Below, piece after piece: positions 8,333 through 17,428 of a stretch of DNA of 46,924 nt. Source of the DNA: Spirochaetia bacterium. GTDB taxonomy: Bacteria > Spirochaetota > Spirochaetia > DSM-27196 > DATKUC01. The stretch spans positions 1-46,924 of the forward strand of contig DATKUF010000018.1 in NCBI GenBank assembly GCA_035530755.1, given 5' to 3'. The notes beneath the pieces are model-generated. The model did no database searches and was not told where the DNA came from. It worked only from the letters and a program-made list of their open reading frames with translations. A program made the translations under genes and the position numbers. Each line of letters begins with the position of its first letter. The stretch's first letter is position 1.

Positions 8333-8345
8333 ATCTTGTGGATAA
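8333..8345. promoter_or_regulatory. 13-nt repeat copy 2 containing a perfect DnaA-box 9-mer
   Basis: An identical ATCTTGTGGATAA in the same orientation, 212 bp from copy 1 and within the same AT-rich 341-bp spacer. Confidence 0.5.
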
Positions 8346-8434
8346 CCTGTGTATTGATTGGGAAGATACCCGGAAAGACTTTGCTGGTAAGCACTAACCC
8401 GATTTTCCCTTTCTCTTGAAACAGTCCCCCGCCC

Positions 8435-9421
8435 GTGTTACGATCATTCGTCGTGAAAAATACAATCCTGGTGCCCGTACGCTTCGTTCTGGTGTGCCTG
8501 ATTCTCACGGTCGTTCTTGCGGGCGTTTACGTCCTGACCGTGCTCGGTGAGACGTACGACCCAGGACATTTGCCCCTGCCGGGACTCATTTCGGCTCGGA
8601 TCATGGACGGACTCCGTGCCGTCTACCCCGTATCGGTTCTTCTCTCGGTACTCATCACCCTGTTCACCGTTCTTCGGCTAAAGAGGTTCAGAGCCGTTGC
8701 ACTGATTGTCGTTTTCGTCGCCGGTACTGCGGCAATTGTCGGAGGAATCCGGGGAATTGAGCTTCTTCGGCGGGATTCCGCTGCCAGTGCTCCGGCAAGT
8801 GTTGCCGTGGAACCCGGGTTCGTCTATCGATTCGGTAACGATTTTCTCTACTCGGATCGTCGAGAGGGCGTGAGCCTCAAGGACGTTGTTGTCTACCGAA
8901 ATGACAAAGAACCGGGATTTGTCTTTTCTCCGGAGGCGCTGCTGGATCCTGGAAGCGGTGTCGTCCATCTACCTGAAACGGACGAGGACTTTCCGGTGGC
9001 AAAGTCCGATTCTTCCTTTGCCCATATGTTTGTCGGCCCCCGGGTGGTTTCAAACCTGTTTCGGGATGTCGGCGTATTGAGCAGAGCGCTCGGCCGGCAG
9101 AAGAATCCCCTGGCACCGAGCTACCTTCTGCTTGTCTCCGTCACTGTCCTCTTTGTCGTGAGTCTCTGGTTCCTGGTTCGCCTGACGCGCTGGCCGCTTT
9201 TTAACGCACTCATCGCGCTTGGCGTCTTCAGGTTGCTATTTCTGCTTTACGGATTTCTTCAAAGCAAGGTATTCCAGGAATTCATGAGTGCCGTCGTCCA
9301 GCCCGCCTATCAGCGGTTCGTTTCACCGGGCGTCATACTTTTCATCAGCCTGGTCTTTGTGATAGTGGGGTTGCTGCTGCCGCCGTTCGATTTGTGGAAA
9401 CGCGAGGTCGACCGTGAGTAG
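8435..9421 (+). CDS. Polytopic membrane protein, possibly an LptF/LptG (YjgP/YjgQ)-like permease
   Basis: Three N-terminal TM helices, a roughly 110-aa soluble segment (GFVYRFGNDFLYSDRREGVSLKDVVVYRN) and C-terminal TM helices. This topology resembles LptF/G. No decisive motif was seen. Confidence 0.35.
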   Translation: MLRSFVVKNTILVPVRFVLVCLILTVVLAGVYVLTVLGETYDPGHLPLPGLISARIMDGLRAVYPVSVLLSVLITLFTVLRLKRFRAVALIVVFVAGTAAIVGGIRGIELLRRDSAASAPASVAVEPGFVYRFGNDFLYSDRREGVSLKDVVVYRNDKEPGFVFSPEALLDPGSGVVHLPETDEDFPVAKSDSSFAHMFVGPRVVSNLFRDVGVLSRALGRQKNPLAPSYLLLVSVTVLFVVSLWFLVRLTRWPLFNALIALGVFRLLFLLYGFLQSKVFQEFMSAVVQPAYQRFVSPGVILFISLVFVIVGLLLPPFDLWKREVDRE

Positions 9422-11153
9422 GATCACCAGCCGGCTTCTCACGGCGCTCTTTTTCACATTTGTTGCGGCGCTTGTCTATTTTCTGTTTCTATCGCTCTTC
9501 CAGTTTCCGATTCGGGACGTACTTCCGCGTTACTACTGGGGCTGGGTCGTTGCAAACTCCGCTGCGCTTCTGATCGGTGCGGCCATTCCGTTGACCTGTA
9601 CCGCGCTCCTGCTCGGTTTTTCACTTCTGGTCCACGAAATCGATCTTCGAACGAGCCCTGGACGTGGCACGAGCTTCCCCGCATTGGTCAGGACCCCGAT
9701 TGTGCTGCTGTTGGTCATGACGTTGTTCTACGTGGTCAGTCAGGAGTGGCTGCTGCCCACCGAGGTCCGAAATCGACAAAGCTATGCATTCAACAGTGCT
9801 CTCGCGCAGCAACTCTTCGATCGAGCAAAGAAGTCCTACGACGCACGAGACTATTCACAGGCTTTGACGCGCGTGGACCAGTATCTTGCCATAAGTCCCT
9901 CGGATGAAACGGCACAGCGGCTTCGAAGCGACGCTATTTCCCGGATTCCAACAGGCAACCCGGCAGGAATAACTGTTTCCGTCGCGGCAAATGCAAGTTT
10001 TCCGGCGCTTCCGGTCTCCGGCGACGGGCTGACCGTTCAACAGCTTCTCGAGCGGAGCGCCGGTTACTTCAAAAGCGAAGACTACTTTTCCGCCTACTAC
10101 TACGCGACACTTGTTCTTCGCGTGGATCCGACGCTCAGCGAGGCGCAGCGTCTGCAGTCACGCTCCCTCGAGCAGATAAAGATGGTTGATGTCAGTAAGA
10201 TGGCCAAGGCGCAGGCGACGGTCTTCGATCGTAAACGACAGGGATTCCTCGACCTCGAATCCGGAAACAGCATTGGCGCCTACTACGTTTTCAATGATCT
10301 GTCACGGACGGTGCCGAACGATCCGGACGTTCAGCGGTATCTCGCCGCTGCGAAATCCGCGCTGGAGCAGATTTCCTTTTTCGCCGATGAAATCACCGGG
10401 GTGATTGCGCTTCCCGGAATTCAGCGGGTTATGTTCGTAAACAACAAAACCGAGAGCTACGTTGAGCTTCTCTACTTCGGCAAGCTCGTGAATGCTCCTG
10501 AGGGCGTGTATGCGCTTGATGTAGAGCTTCTGCGTTTCTCGCGAAACGGGGCGGTGCAGCTGCAGTTACGCGCTCCCTACGGGAAGATCATTTCGCAACA
10601 ACTCATTCTTCGCGCAATCGCTCGAGAGAACACCAAAGCCGCCGGCGGAATCCGCATGGAACCGAAAGTCTATGCCGGTACGCTGCCAAAAGATACCGGG
10701 CCGATCTTCCCGGTTCTCATTCCGGTGCGCGACCTGGAGACTGTCGCTGAAGGACCGGCACAGCTGACTTCGGCGGGACTCGTCAGCCTCTGGTCGGCAG
10801 TGAAGGTCCTCGGCACCTACGGCTACGCCACTCAGCCGGTCTACCTGGAGATTGCGATGCGGCTCCTCTTGCCGTTCAGCTTCATCATACTTTCGTTCTT
10901 TTCGTTGAGCCTGGGCTGGCGGCTCCGTAGCCGCTATCTGACGCGTCCGCCAATACTCGCAATCCTGCTTCTTCCAATTCTGCCGATCGTCATCAACTAC
11001 CTTTTTCGACTCTACACCGCCGGTTTTCGCTCGGTGCTCGGATTCTCCATTCTCTATGGGGGTTTCAGCGTCGCGCTTGCGGTGCTCCTGGTTTCTCAGG
11101 TCATCCTGCTGGCCGTTGCGCTGCTGTCGCTTGCTGTGCAGTCCACGGAGTGA
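9414..11153 (+). CDS. Polytopic membrane protein with a large extracytoplasmic TPR-like insert, possibly LptF/LptG-like
   Basis: The start overlaps the upstream stop (9414 vs 9421). N- and C-terminal TM clusters flank TPR-like segments (DYSQALTRVDQYLAISPSDETA, YFSAYYYATLVLRVDPTLSEA) and a beta-rich segment (YVELLYFGKLVNAPEGVYALDVELLRF). Confidence 0.35.
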   Translation: MSRITSRLLTALFFTFVAALVYFLFLSLFQFPIRDVLPRYYWGWVVANSAALLIGAAIPLTCTALLLGFSLLVHEIDLRTSPGRGTSFPALVRTPIVLLLVMTLFYVVSQEWLLPTEVRNRQSYAFNSALAQQLFDRAKKSYDARDYSQALTRVDQYLAISPSDETAQRLRSDAISRIPTGNPAGITVSVAANASFPALPVSGDGLTVQQLLERSAGYFKSEDYFSAYYYATLVLRVDPTLSEAQRLQSRSLEQIKMVDVSKMAKAQATVFDRKRQGFLDLESGNSIGAYYVFNDLSRTVPNDPDVQRYLAAAKSALEQISFFADEITGVIALPGIQRVMFVNNKTESYVELLYFGKLVNAPEGVYALDVELLRFSRNGAVQLQLRAPYGKIISQQLILRAIARENTKAAGGIRMEPKVYAGTLPKDTGPIFPVLIPVRDLETVAEGPAQLTSAGLVSLWSAVKVLGTYGYATQPVYLEIAMRLLLPFSFIILSFFSLSLGWRLRSRYLTRPPILAILLLPILPIVINYLFRLYTAGFRSVLGFSILYGGFSVALAVLLVSQVILLAVALLSLAVQSTE

Positions 11154-12025
11154 GCCGGATGCCAATGATCTTCGGACGCCTTTTCGGCGCCGTCTCGGCC
11201 GGGATCGTCGCGGGACCCTTTGGCGTAGTCTTCGGGTTCATTGTTGGTCTTCTCGTCGATCAGATTTTGCGCGATCGTTATATCCACCACGTTTTGTCCC
11301 AATTCTATCGCGATCCGCGAAGCCGCCTCATCTCGCATCTCGACGCGGGCACTCTTTCCCTGATCGGGGTTTCGATCCACCTGTGTTCACTGGTCGGAAC
11401 CGTCCGGACGGGTCAGGTGGAACTTCTGCGCGGCGTGATCGCAAAGCGGCGACCGGGGCGGCGAAGCCGTCAGGCCGTGGATCGCGCAATTGACGAGGCG
11501 ATAAAACAGGTGCGGGCGCTCAACGTTCCCGCTCTCGGATTCCGTCTTCGCGCCAATCTCAGCAACCGGCAGCCCCGAAATGGCGCGAGGCAGAGACAGG
11601 ATGCCGGGTCAGCAGATTTTGATTTTGGCGAGATCGTGCAGCTGTTCCGCCTCATGGTGGGAATGGTACAGGTCGAGGACCAGGCAACCGCCGACCGGAT
11701 TGAGTCCGCGTGTGGATATGTCGGGATCGATTCCGCCGATGTCATCTCCCGTCCGGCGACGGAGGCGGGACTGGACCCGCGTGCGTGTGCGATTCTCGGC
11801 GTGGACCGGCAAGCGTCGATCGCTGAGATAAAAGCAGTTTTCCGACGCCTTGCCGGTCAGTTCCACCCGGACAGTCTCGCCGGGCTCGACGAGGTTCGGC
11901 TTGCTCGTTCCGCCGAAGCGTTTATCCGAATAAAGGAAGCCTACGATACGCTGATTCGGCAATTCGACTCGGACGGTTGTCGCATCGCCTTGAATCGTTC
12001 GGCAACTACTGCGCCACCCGCTTGA
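11150..12025 (+). CDS. DjlA-like membrane-anchored J-domain co-chaperone
   Basis: N-terminal TM ([31 protein letters not shown]), a central helical region and a C-terminal J domain [30 protein letters not shown] with the HPD motif. This is the same architecture as E. coli DjlA. The start overlaps the upstream stop; an alternative ATG lies at 11159. Confidence 0.65.
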   Translation: MSRMPMIFGRLFGAVSAGIVAGPFGVVFGFIVGLLVDQILRDRYIHHVLSQFYRDPRSRLISHLDAGTLSLIGVSIHLCSLVGTVRTGQVELLRGVIAKRRPGRRSRQAVDRAIDEAIKQVRALNVPALGFRLRANLSNRQPRNGARQRQDAGSADFDFGEIVQLFRLMVGMVQVEDQATADRIESACGYVGIDSADVISRPATEAGLDPRACAILGVDRQASIAEIKAVFRRLAGQFHPDSLAGLDEVRLARSAEAFIRIKEAYDTLIRQFDSDGCRIALNRSATTAPPA

Positions 12026-13286
12026 TGCGTGCCCCAAGACCCTGGAGCCGCTCTACGAATTTCTCATATCCGCGTTCGATCTGATAGACATTCTGGATCC
12101 TGCTCTGGCCTTCGGCGCACAGCGCGGCGATTACCATCGCCATGCCCGCCCGAACATCCGGGGAGACCAGGTCGGACCCTCGGAGGCGACTGGGTCCACT
12201 GACTACGGCCCGATGCGGATCGCACAGAATGATCCGCGCGCCCATACCGATCAATTTGTCGACGAAGAACATTCGAGACTCAAACATCTTTTCATGGATG
12301 AGGACGGTCCCCTCGACCTGGGTGGCAACCACGAGCATGATGCTTACCAGGTCCGGCGGAAATCCGGGCCACGGTGCGTCGTCGATCTTGGGAATCATTC
12401 CACCCATATCCGGAATAACGCGCAGCTGCAGTCCGGAGCTCACCCGGATGGAGTTACCTTCCTGTTCCCAGTGGATTCCGAGCTTCCCATAGGCAAGTTT
12501 GGTCATTTTCAGCTGAGCCGGACAGGCGTCCTCAATTTCCAGGTCGCCCCGGGTGACTGCGGCGAGACCAATGAAGGAGCCGACCTCCATATAGTCGGAA
12601 CCGATGCGGTACTCCGTGCCGTGCAGGCTTTTCACACCGTCGATGACAAGAATGTTCGAGCCGATTCCTGCGATTTGCGCCCCCATGGCGTTGAGCAGGC
12701 GGCAAAGGTCCTGGATATGGGGTTCGGAGGCCGCGTTTTCAATTCGAGTCGCGCCCTCGGCGAGGCAGGCTGCCATGATCGCATTTTCGGTTGCCGTAAC
12801 CGACGCTTCGTCGAGGAATATCTCGTCGCCTACCAGCTTGTTTGCAGTTATCTTAAAAAGCCCGTCGGCTTCTATGCGGGCACCGAGAGTCTGCAATGCC
12901 AGGAAGTGCGTGTCGAGCCGTCTGCGGCCAATGACGTCACCGCCGGGCGGCGGCAGAATCACCTTGCCGGTGCGCGCGAGCAGTGGGCCCGCGAAAAGCA
13001 GCGACGCACGAATACTTCTTGCAAGGTCCAGCGGAATTTCGCTGCTGCTGATGTCGCTGGTCGTGATCGAATAGACACCGGGCGCTTTCGACTCCACACT
13101 CGAACCGAGCGCTTTCAGGATATCGATCATCACCTGGACGTCCTCGATGTCGGGGATATTGGAGAGCAGCACCGTCTCGTCGGTGAGCAATGTGGCTGCG
13201 AGGCAGGGGAGGGCGGCATTCTTGTTTCCACTGGCCTTCACGCGGCCTTTCAGCGGAAAACTGCCGTCGATTACGTACTTGTCCAT
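12006..13286 (-). CDS. murA: UDP-N-acetylglucosamine 1-carboxyvinyltransferase MurA (Asp at the Cys115-equivalent position)
   Basis: Full-length match to the MurA pattern ([23 protein letters not shown]). The active-site loop reads [15 protein letters not shown] where E. coli has GGCAIG. Confidence 0.92.
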   Translation of the reverse strand: MDKYVIDGSFPLKGRVKASGNKNAALPCLAATLLTDETVLLSNIPDIEDVQVMIDILKALGSSVESKAPGVYSITTSDISSSEIPLDLARSIRASLLFAGPLLARTGKVILPPPGGDVIGRRRLDTHFLALQTLGARIEADGLFKITANKLVGDEIFLDEASVTATENAIMAACLAEGATRIENAASEPHIQDLCRLLNAMGAQIAGIGSNILVIDGVKSLHGTEYRIGSDYMEVGSFIGLAAVTRGDLEIEDACPAQLKMTKLAYGKLGIHWEQEGNSIRVSSGLQLRVIPDMGGMIPKIDDAPWPGFPPDLVSIMLVVATQVEGTVLIHEKMFESRMFFVDKLIGMGARIILCDPHRAVVSGPSRLRGSDLVSPDVRAGMAMVIAALCAEGQSRIQNVYQIERGYEKFVERLQGLGARIKRVAQ

Positions 13287-13327
13287 TGGGTCAGAACCTC
13301 TCGGTATATCTGTTCATTCGGCATGTA

Positions 13328-14605
13328 TCAGTCGACAGTAAAGGAGAACTCGCGGTTCCCGAACGGATTCGGGAGCATCGAGACGGTAGCGGAATAGAGC
13401 TCGCTTTCACCCTCGCAGCACACGATGCGCACAGTCATCGCGAAACTGGATGAATGATTTGGATCGGGAAATGGGTTCTCGCGGATTTCGGGAAACACCA
13501 CGTTGCGGATGACGCGTTTCGGCAGGAAGTAGTCGAACGGCGCGGCCGGGTTCACCCCGTTTGAGACGGGACGAAAAAGCGATGCGATGATTGTCCTGTC
13601 GTCGTGACGGGTCTGGCGCATTCCAGCCAGGATTTCCGGGGCCACCGCCTCCTCCAGGAAGCCTCCCCAGTCCGAGTCCGCCAACTTCCGACGCGATTCA
13701 GAGAGGAACTCCCGAAGATTACGAACAATGTTGATGGTTTTGAACTCCACGAAGGAACCGTCATGAAACTTGTACCACGTAATTAGCGTCTCGTACCCGA
13801 CCCCCGCTTCCGCCCCGGCGTGAAAAACCAGTACATCCGGTACCCCGTCGTTATCGATATCGCGGACCACCGAGTGGATAGTGGTGGTGTTGATGAGTGA
13901 TAGCCTCGAAAAGCTGCCGGAACCGGAAAAAACGGCCCACTCCTGCTCTTCTCCCTGGCTGTTCTGGAAGGATGCGGTCACTACAACGGGTTCCGGATGA
14001 GCGGTTGCAGATCCAACCGGGAGGGCGCTCATGCCTTCGAGAACCGGTTTTTCCCCCAGCGGAATAGTCGCGAACTGACGCAGGCTTCCGTTCTTCTGGA
14101 CATACACCACGAAATCGTAAGAAGGCGGGGGTATCGTCTGCGAAAACAGCAGGGAGAGCCGCGAAAGAGCGCTGAACTGCGCGTCGGCCGGTTTCCCCGC
14201 GGATACGGTCAGTAGCACGACATCCGGGAATCCGTCACCGTTCACGTCAGTCACAACGCTCAGCGGGACGCCGTTCTTTCGAACCGGGAGCGTCCCCGGA
14301 TGCATCCGATCGGATTCCAGAAGCCCGAGAGCCTGCGCAACGAGCATGGAAGGCGCAAGCGGCGGCGCCGCCAACTCCTGTTCCTGTTTTTCCGGGCCGG
14401 TCGAACTCGCGATTTGAGATCCATCCTGACTCTGGGCGCCGATCGACGCAGGAGAACCCGCAATCGGCGATTCTGCCGAAGAGCCCGCACCCGGAGTTGT
14501 GGCGCATGCCCCGAAGATGAAACAGCAAGCGAGGATGGAGATGAGCTTCACGAGCCCACTATAACCCGCAAAGTCGCGGCTGCTCAATGGGAACTTCAGT
14601 TCCAC
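13328..14605 (-). CDS. Lipoprotein with FG-GAP/VCBS-like Ca-binding repeats
   Basis: Signal peptide and lipobox LACCFIFGAC. Two DxDxDG-type loops, DVNGDGFPDVVLL and DIDNDGVPDVLVF. Strong SD (GGAGGAGG) upstream on the minus strand. Lies 41 nt upstream of murA. Confidence 0.6.
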   Translation of the reverse strand: MELKFPLSSRDFAGYSGLVKLISILACCFIFGACATTPGAGSSAESPIAGSPASIGAQSQDGSQIASSTGPEKQEQELAAPPLAPSMLVAQALGLLESDRMHPGTLPVRKNGVPLSVVTDVNGDGFPDVVLLTVSAGKPADAQFSALSRLSLLFSQTIPPPSYDFVVYVQKNGSLRQFATIPLGEKPVLEGMSALPVGSATAHPEPVVVTASFQNSQGEEQEWAVFSGSGSFSRLSLINTTTIHSVVRDIDNDGVPDVLVFHAGAEAGVGYETLITWYKFHDGSFVEFKTINIVRNLREFLSESRRKLADSDWGGFLEEAVAPEILAGMRQTRHDDRTIIASLFRPVSNGVNPAAPFDYFLPKRVIRNVVFPEIRENPFPDPNHSSSFAMTVRIVCCEGESELYSATVSMLPNPFGNREFSFTVD

Positions 14606-14686
14606 CCTCCTCCGACGTTCAGCATTCTGTTATGCCGGCTGCAATTAACACAATGGAACCGATGATTTTTCTCGCTCAATCATGCT

Positions 14687-16105
14687 ATGATGCGCGCCAT
14701 GAAAGTGATGAAGTTCGGCGGAAGCTCGGTGAAGGATGCCGAAAAGATCAGGGCGGTTGCCGAAATAATCCGTGAGCACCAGAAGAGTGACCGGGTGCTC
14801 GTGGTCCTCTCCGCTATGCGCGGTGTAACCGACGTGCTGATTGCTGCGGCGAGGGAAGCGGAGGCCGGTGACTCCCGGTATGCCCTGAAGATCGCCGATA
14901 TCCGGAACCGGCAGGACGAAGCGGTCCGGGACCTGTTACCCGGCGATTCCGGGGCACAGGTCTCCAAGCTCCTGCGGGGGCTGCTCGACGAGCTCGAAGC
15001 GATTCTCCACGGCGTGGAACTCGTGCGCGAGTGTTCGCCCCGAACGCTGGATCTCGTGCTGAGTTTTGGCGAGTTGCTGAACAATCACCTCTTCGCGGCC
15101 TACCTCAACGGATCAGGAACTCCCGCCCGCATGCTCGACACGCGTGGCCTCATCCTTACCGACGACACTCACGGCAACGCTGAGGTCGATTTCGCCGAAA
15201 GCTACGCCCGCATCCAGCGTGCGACAGCATCCCTCGATACCACCCCCGTGATCACCGGATTCATAGCCGCGACCCGGGAGGGAATCACCACAACCCTCGG
15301 CCGGAATGGGTCTGACTACACCGCATCGATCATCGGCGCGGGTGTCGCAGCCGACGTTATTGAAATCTGGACCGACGTCGACGGTGTCTACAGCGCCGAC
15401 CCTCGATACGTCCCGGAAAGCTTCGTCGTACCTGAGATAAGCTACGCCGAGGCTATGGAACTCTCCTATTTCGGCGCGAAAGTAATTCACCCCTACACGA
15501 TGCTGCCCGCGGTCGACAAGAACATTCCGCTTATCATCAAGAACACTCTGAATCCCGCCGCGCCGGGAACTCGAATTCTTCAGGTTGCAACCCGGAAACC
15601 GGTTGCAGTTACCGGCATCGCCTCGGTCGGGAACGTAGCGCTGGTTAACGTGGAAGGCGGCGGTATGGTAGGCATCCCCGGCATCGCCTCACGTGTCTTT
15701 GGCGCCCTCGCTCGTGCGCGTACGAACATCATCATGATCAGTCAGGCCTCCTCGGAACACAGCATTTGCATAGTATTTCCCGAGGTCCACGTCAAAGACG
15801 CAACCGAAAGCCTGAACCGCGAGCTCGCGCCCGAGCTGCATGCCCGGAAAATACAACAATTCACCCTCAAGACCGACCTGGAAATCGTTGCGGTTATCGG
15901 TGAGAATATGCGCGGTCGCCCGGGGATGTCCGGCAAACTCTTTGCTGCGCTCGGCGACGCCTCCATTAACGTACTAGCAATAGCACAGGGTTCATCCGAG
16001 ATGAACATTTCATTTGTGGTCGAACGGAGGGATCGCGATCGGGTGCTCAATGTAGTGCATCGGGCCTTCTTTCCCGAAGGCGATCCGTTCAAGGCCAGGG
16101 AGTAA
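14687..16105 (+). CDS. Aspartate kinase (monofunctional, with C-terminal ACT domains)
   Basis: MKVMKFGGSSVKDAEKIR is the N-terminal kinase signature, with DPR and GRNGSDYTAS motifs and two ACT-like repeats. The true start may be the ATG at 14699. Confidence 0.88.
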   Translation: MMRAMKVMKFGGSSVKDAEKIRAVAEIIREHQKSDRVLVVLSAMRGVTDVLIAAAREAEAGDSRYALKIADIRNRQDEAVRDLLPGDSGAQVSKLLRGLLDELEAILHGVELVRECSPRTLDLVLSFGELLNNHLFAAYLNGSGTPARMLDTRGLILTDDTHGNAEVDFAESYARIQRATASLDTTPVITGFIAATREGITTTLGRNGSDYTASIIGAGVAADVIEIWTDVDGVYSADPRYVPESFVVPEISYAEAMELSYFGAKVIHPYTMLPAVDKNIPLIIKNTLNPAAPGTRILQVATRKPVAVTGIASVGNVALVNVEGGGMVGIPGIASRVFGALARARTNIIMISQASSEHSICIVFPEVHVKDATESLNRELAPELHARKIQQFTLKTDLEIVAVIGENMRGRPGMSGKLFAALGDASINVLAIAQGSSEMNISFVVERRDRDRVLNVVHRAFFPEGDPFKARE

Positions 16106-16111
16106 CGTGAC

Positions 16112-17428
16112 ATGCTTTTTGCCAGCACCCGGGCGGCACTTGTCCCGGTGACATTCGAGGAAGCCGTCTTTCGCGGACTCGCGCAAGACGGCGGACTCTA
16201 TCACCCCATGGAGGAGACCGACCTGCGGCCCTTCTTCCTCAGCCTCACGGAGTCCCACAGCTTCGTCGACGTCGCAGCCGCGATGACCGCGAGGTTGTTT
16301 CCGGAGAATTTCACTCCCGATGACGCCCGCGAAATCGCCGAGCGCGCGTTTTCCTTTTCGCCTTCAATGGTACACAACGTCGACGGTCTGCATCTGCTCG
16401 AACTTTTTCACGGACCTTCGTGCGCCTTCAAGGATTTCGGCGCATCGTTTCTCGCCACCGTCATGGAATCATTCCTGCGGCGAAGCGACCGGCGCGCCAT
16501 TATCCTCACGGCGACATCCGGGGACACCGGAAGTGCGGTTGCGCGGGCATTCCACAACCGCAGGAATATCGAGGTTGTGATTCTATACCCCTCCGGCCGC
16601 GTGAGCCCGCTGCAGGAAAAGCAGCTCACCACCTGCGGCGGGAATGTAACGGCGCTGGAGGTCCACGGATCTTTCGATGATTGTCAGAAAATGGCGAAGG
16701 ATGCCTTCATCGACCGCGACCTCATGGCGCGCCTGCCGCTTACATCGGCGAACTCCATCAATCTCGGGCGACTGATTCCGCAGTCGTTCTATTACGTGTA
16801 CGCCTTCGCCCAACTCAAGAGTCGGCTGAATGACGAACTGATCTTCTGCGTGCCGAGCGGGAACTACGGCAATCTGACCGCCGGCGTTCTCGCGTGGCGA
16901 TGGGGACTTCCCGTGAATGGGTTTGTGGCCGCGGCGAACAGAAACGACGTCGTTCCTGAGTACCTTGCTTCCGGGCTCTACCAGCCGCGTCCTTCAGTGC
17001 ACACACCGTCAAACGCAATGGATGTCGGGAATCCGAGCAACTTCGAGCGGCTTCGCGCCATATTTCACGACAACTGGAACGGAATGCGATCCATGATCTG
17101 GGGAGAGTCGGTGAGCGACCGCGAAACGGTTGACACTATGCGGCGCTACTATGAGCGTCACGGTCTGTTTCTCGATCCGCACACGGCCGTAGGTGTTTGC
17201 GCCGCTGAGAGGCGATTCGACCGTGAGCTTGCCAAAGCCGTCGATGTCGTGATCCTGTCGACGGCACACCCGGCAAAGTTTTCAGAGGTGGTAAGAGAAG
17301 CGACGGGTGCGGTTCCCCCCATTCCGGAAGAGCTTGCGAAAGTACTTACCCTCGAAAAGCGGGCAGTACAGGTCGAAAACAGCTTCGAGGCGCTTCGGGA
17401 ATTTCTCCTGACCCGCTACTCGACGTAG
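16112..17428 (+). CDS. thrC: Threonine synthase
   Basis: PLP-lysine motif SCAFKDFGASFL and SGDTGSAV. Length 438 aa. Starts 6 nt after the aspartate kinase stop. Confidence 0.88.
   Translation: MLFASTRAALVPVTFEEAVFRGLAQDGGLYHPMEETDLRPFFLSLTESHSFVDVAAAMTARLFPENFTPDDAREIAERAFSFSPSMVHNVDGLHLLELFHGPSCAFKDFGASFLATVMESFLRRSDRRAIILTATSGDTGSAVARAFHNRRNIEVVILYPSGRVSPLQEKQLTTCGGNVTALEVHGSFDDCQKMAKDAFIDRDLMARLPLTSANSINLGRLIPQSFYYVYAFAQLKSRLNDELIFCVPSGNYGNLTAGVLAWRWGLPVNGFVAAANRNDVVPEYLASGLYQPRPSVHTPSNAMDVGNPSNFERLRAIFHDNWNGMRSMIWGESVSDRETVDTMRRYYERHGLFLDPHTAVGVCAAERRFDRELAKAVDVVILSTAHPAKFSEVVREATGAVPPIPEELAKVLTLEKRAVQVENSFEALREFLLTRYST

Noticed and set aside
8228-8419. A 63-aa ORF inside the AT-rich spacer with one hydrophobic stretch.
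   Set aside because: It has no Shine-Dalgarno sequence and its AT-rich composition is unlike neighbouring genes. It spans the repeat copy. It is probably non-coding, and only conservation or Ribo-seq data could rescue it.
8094-8434. Calling this spacer the chromosomal replication origin (oriC).
   Set aside because: It has only two perfect DnaA boxes, and no dnaA, dnaN, gidA or parAB genes occur anywhere in the window. I cannot compute GC skew over a whole replicon. It is kept as a DnaA-box-containing regulatory region and reported as a finding, not annotated as oriC.
12213-13397. Long antisense ORFs. Examples: 394 aa opposite murA; 302 aa at 23116-24024 opposite corA; 280 aa at 24025-24867; 366 aa at 44023-45123 opposite the ABC gene; 269 aa at 39878-40687; 231 aa at 2976-3671.
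   Set aside because: Each lies fully opposite a gene with strong family motifs and contains no motif I recognise. Stop-poor antisense frames are expected in GC-rich DNA. They are treated as artefacts, not overlapping genes.
14575-14780. An apparent 1-nt phase discrepancy when hand-translating the printed lines around 14581-14776 against the ORF-track coordinates, raising the possibility of a frameshift.
   Set aside because: The ORF-track translations are continuous through this point and make sense: the lipoprotein N-terminus and the aspartate kinase N-terminus. My coordinates agree with the track again by 15084. I treated it as my own counting error and used the ORF-track coordinates.
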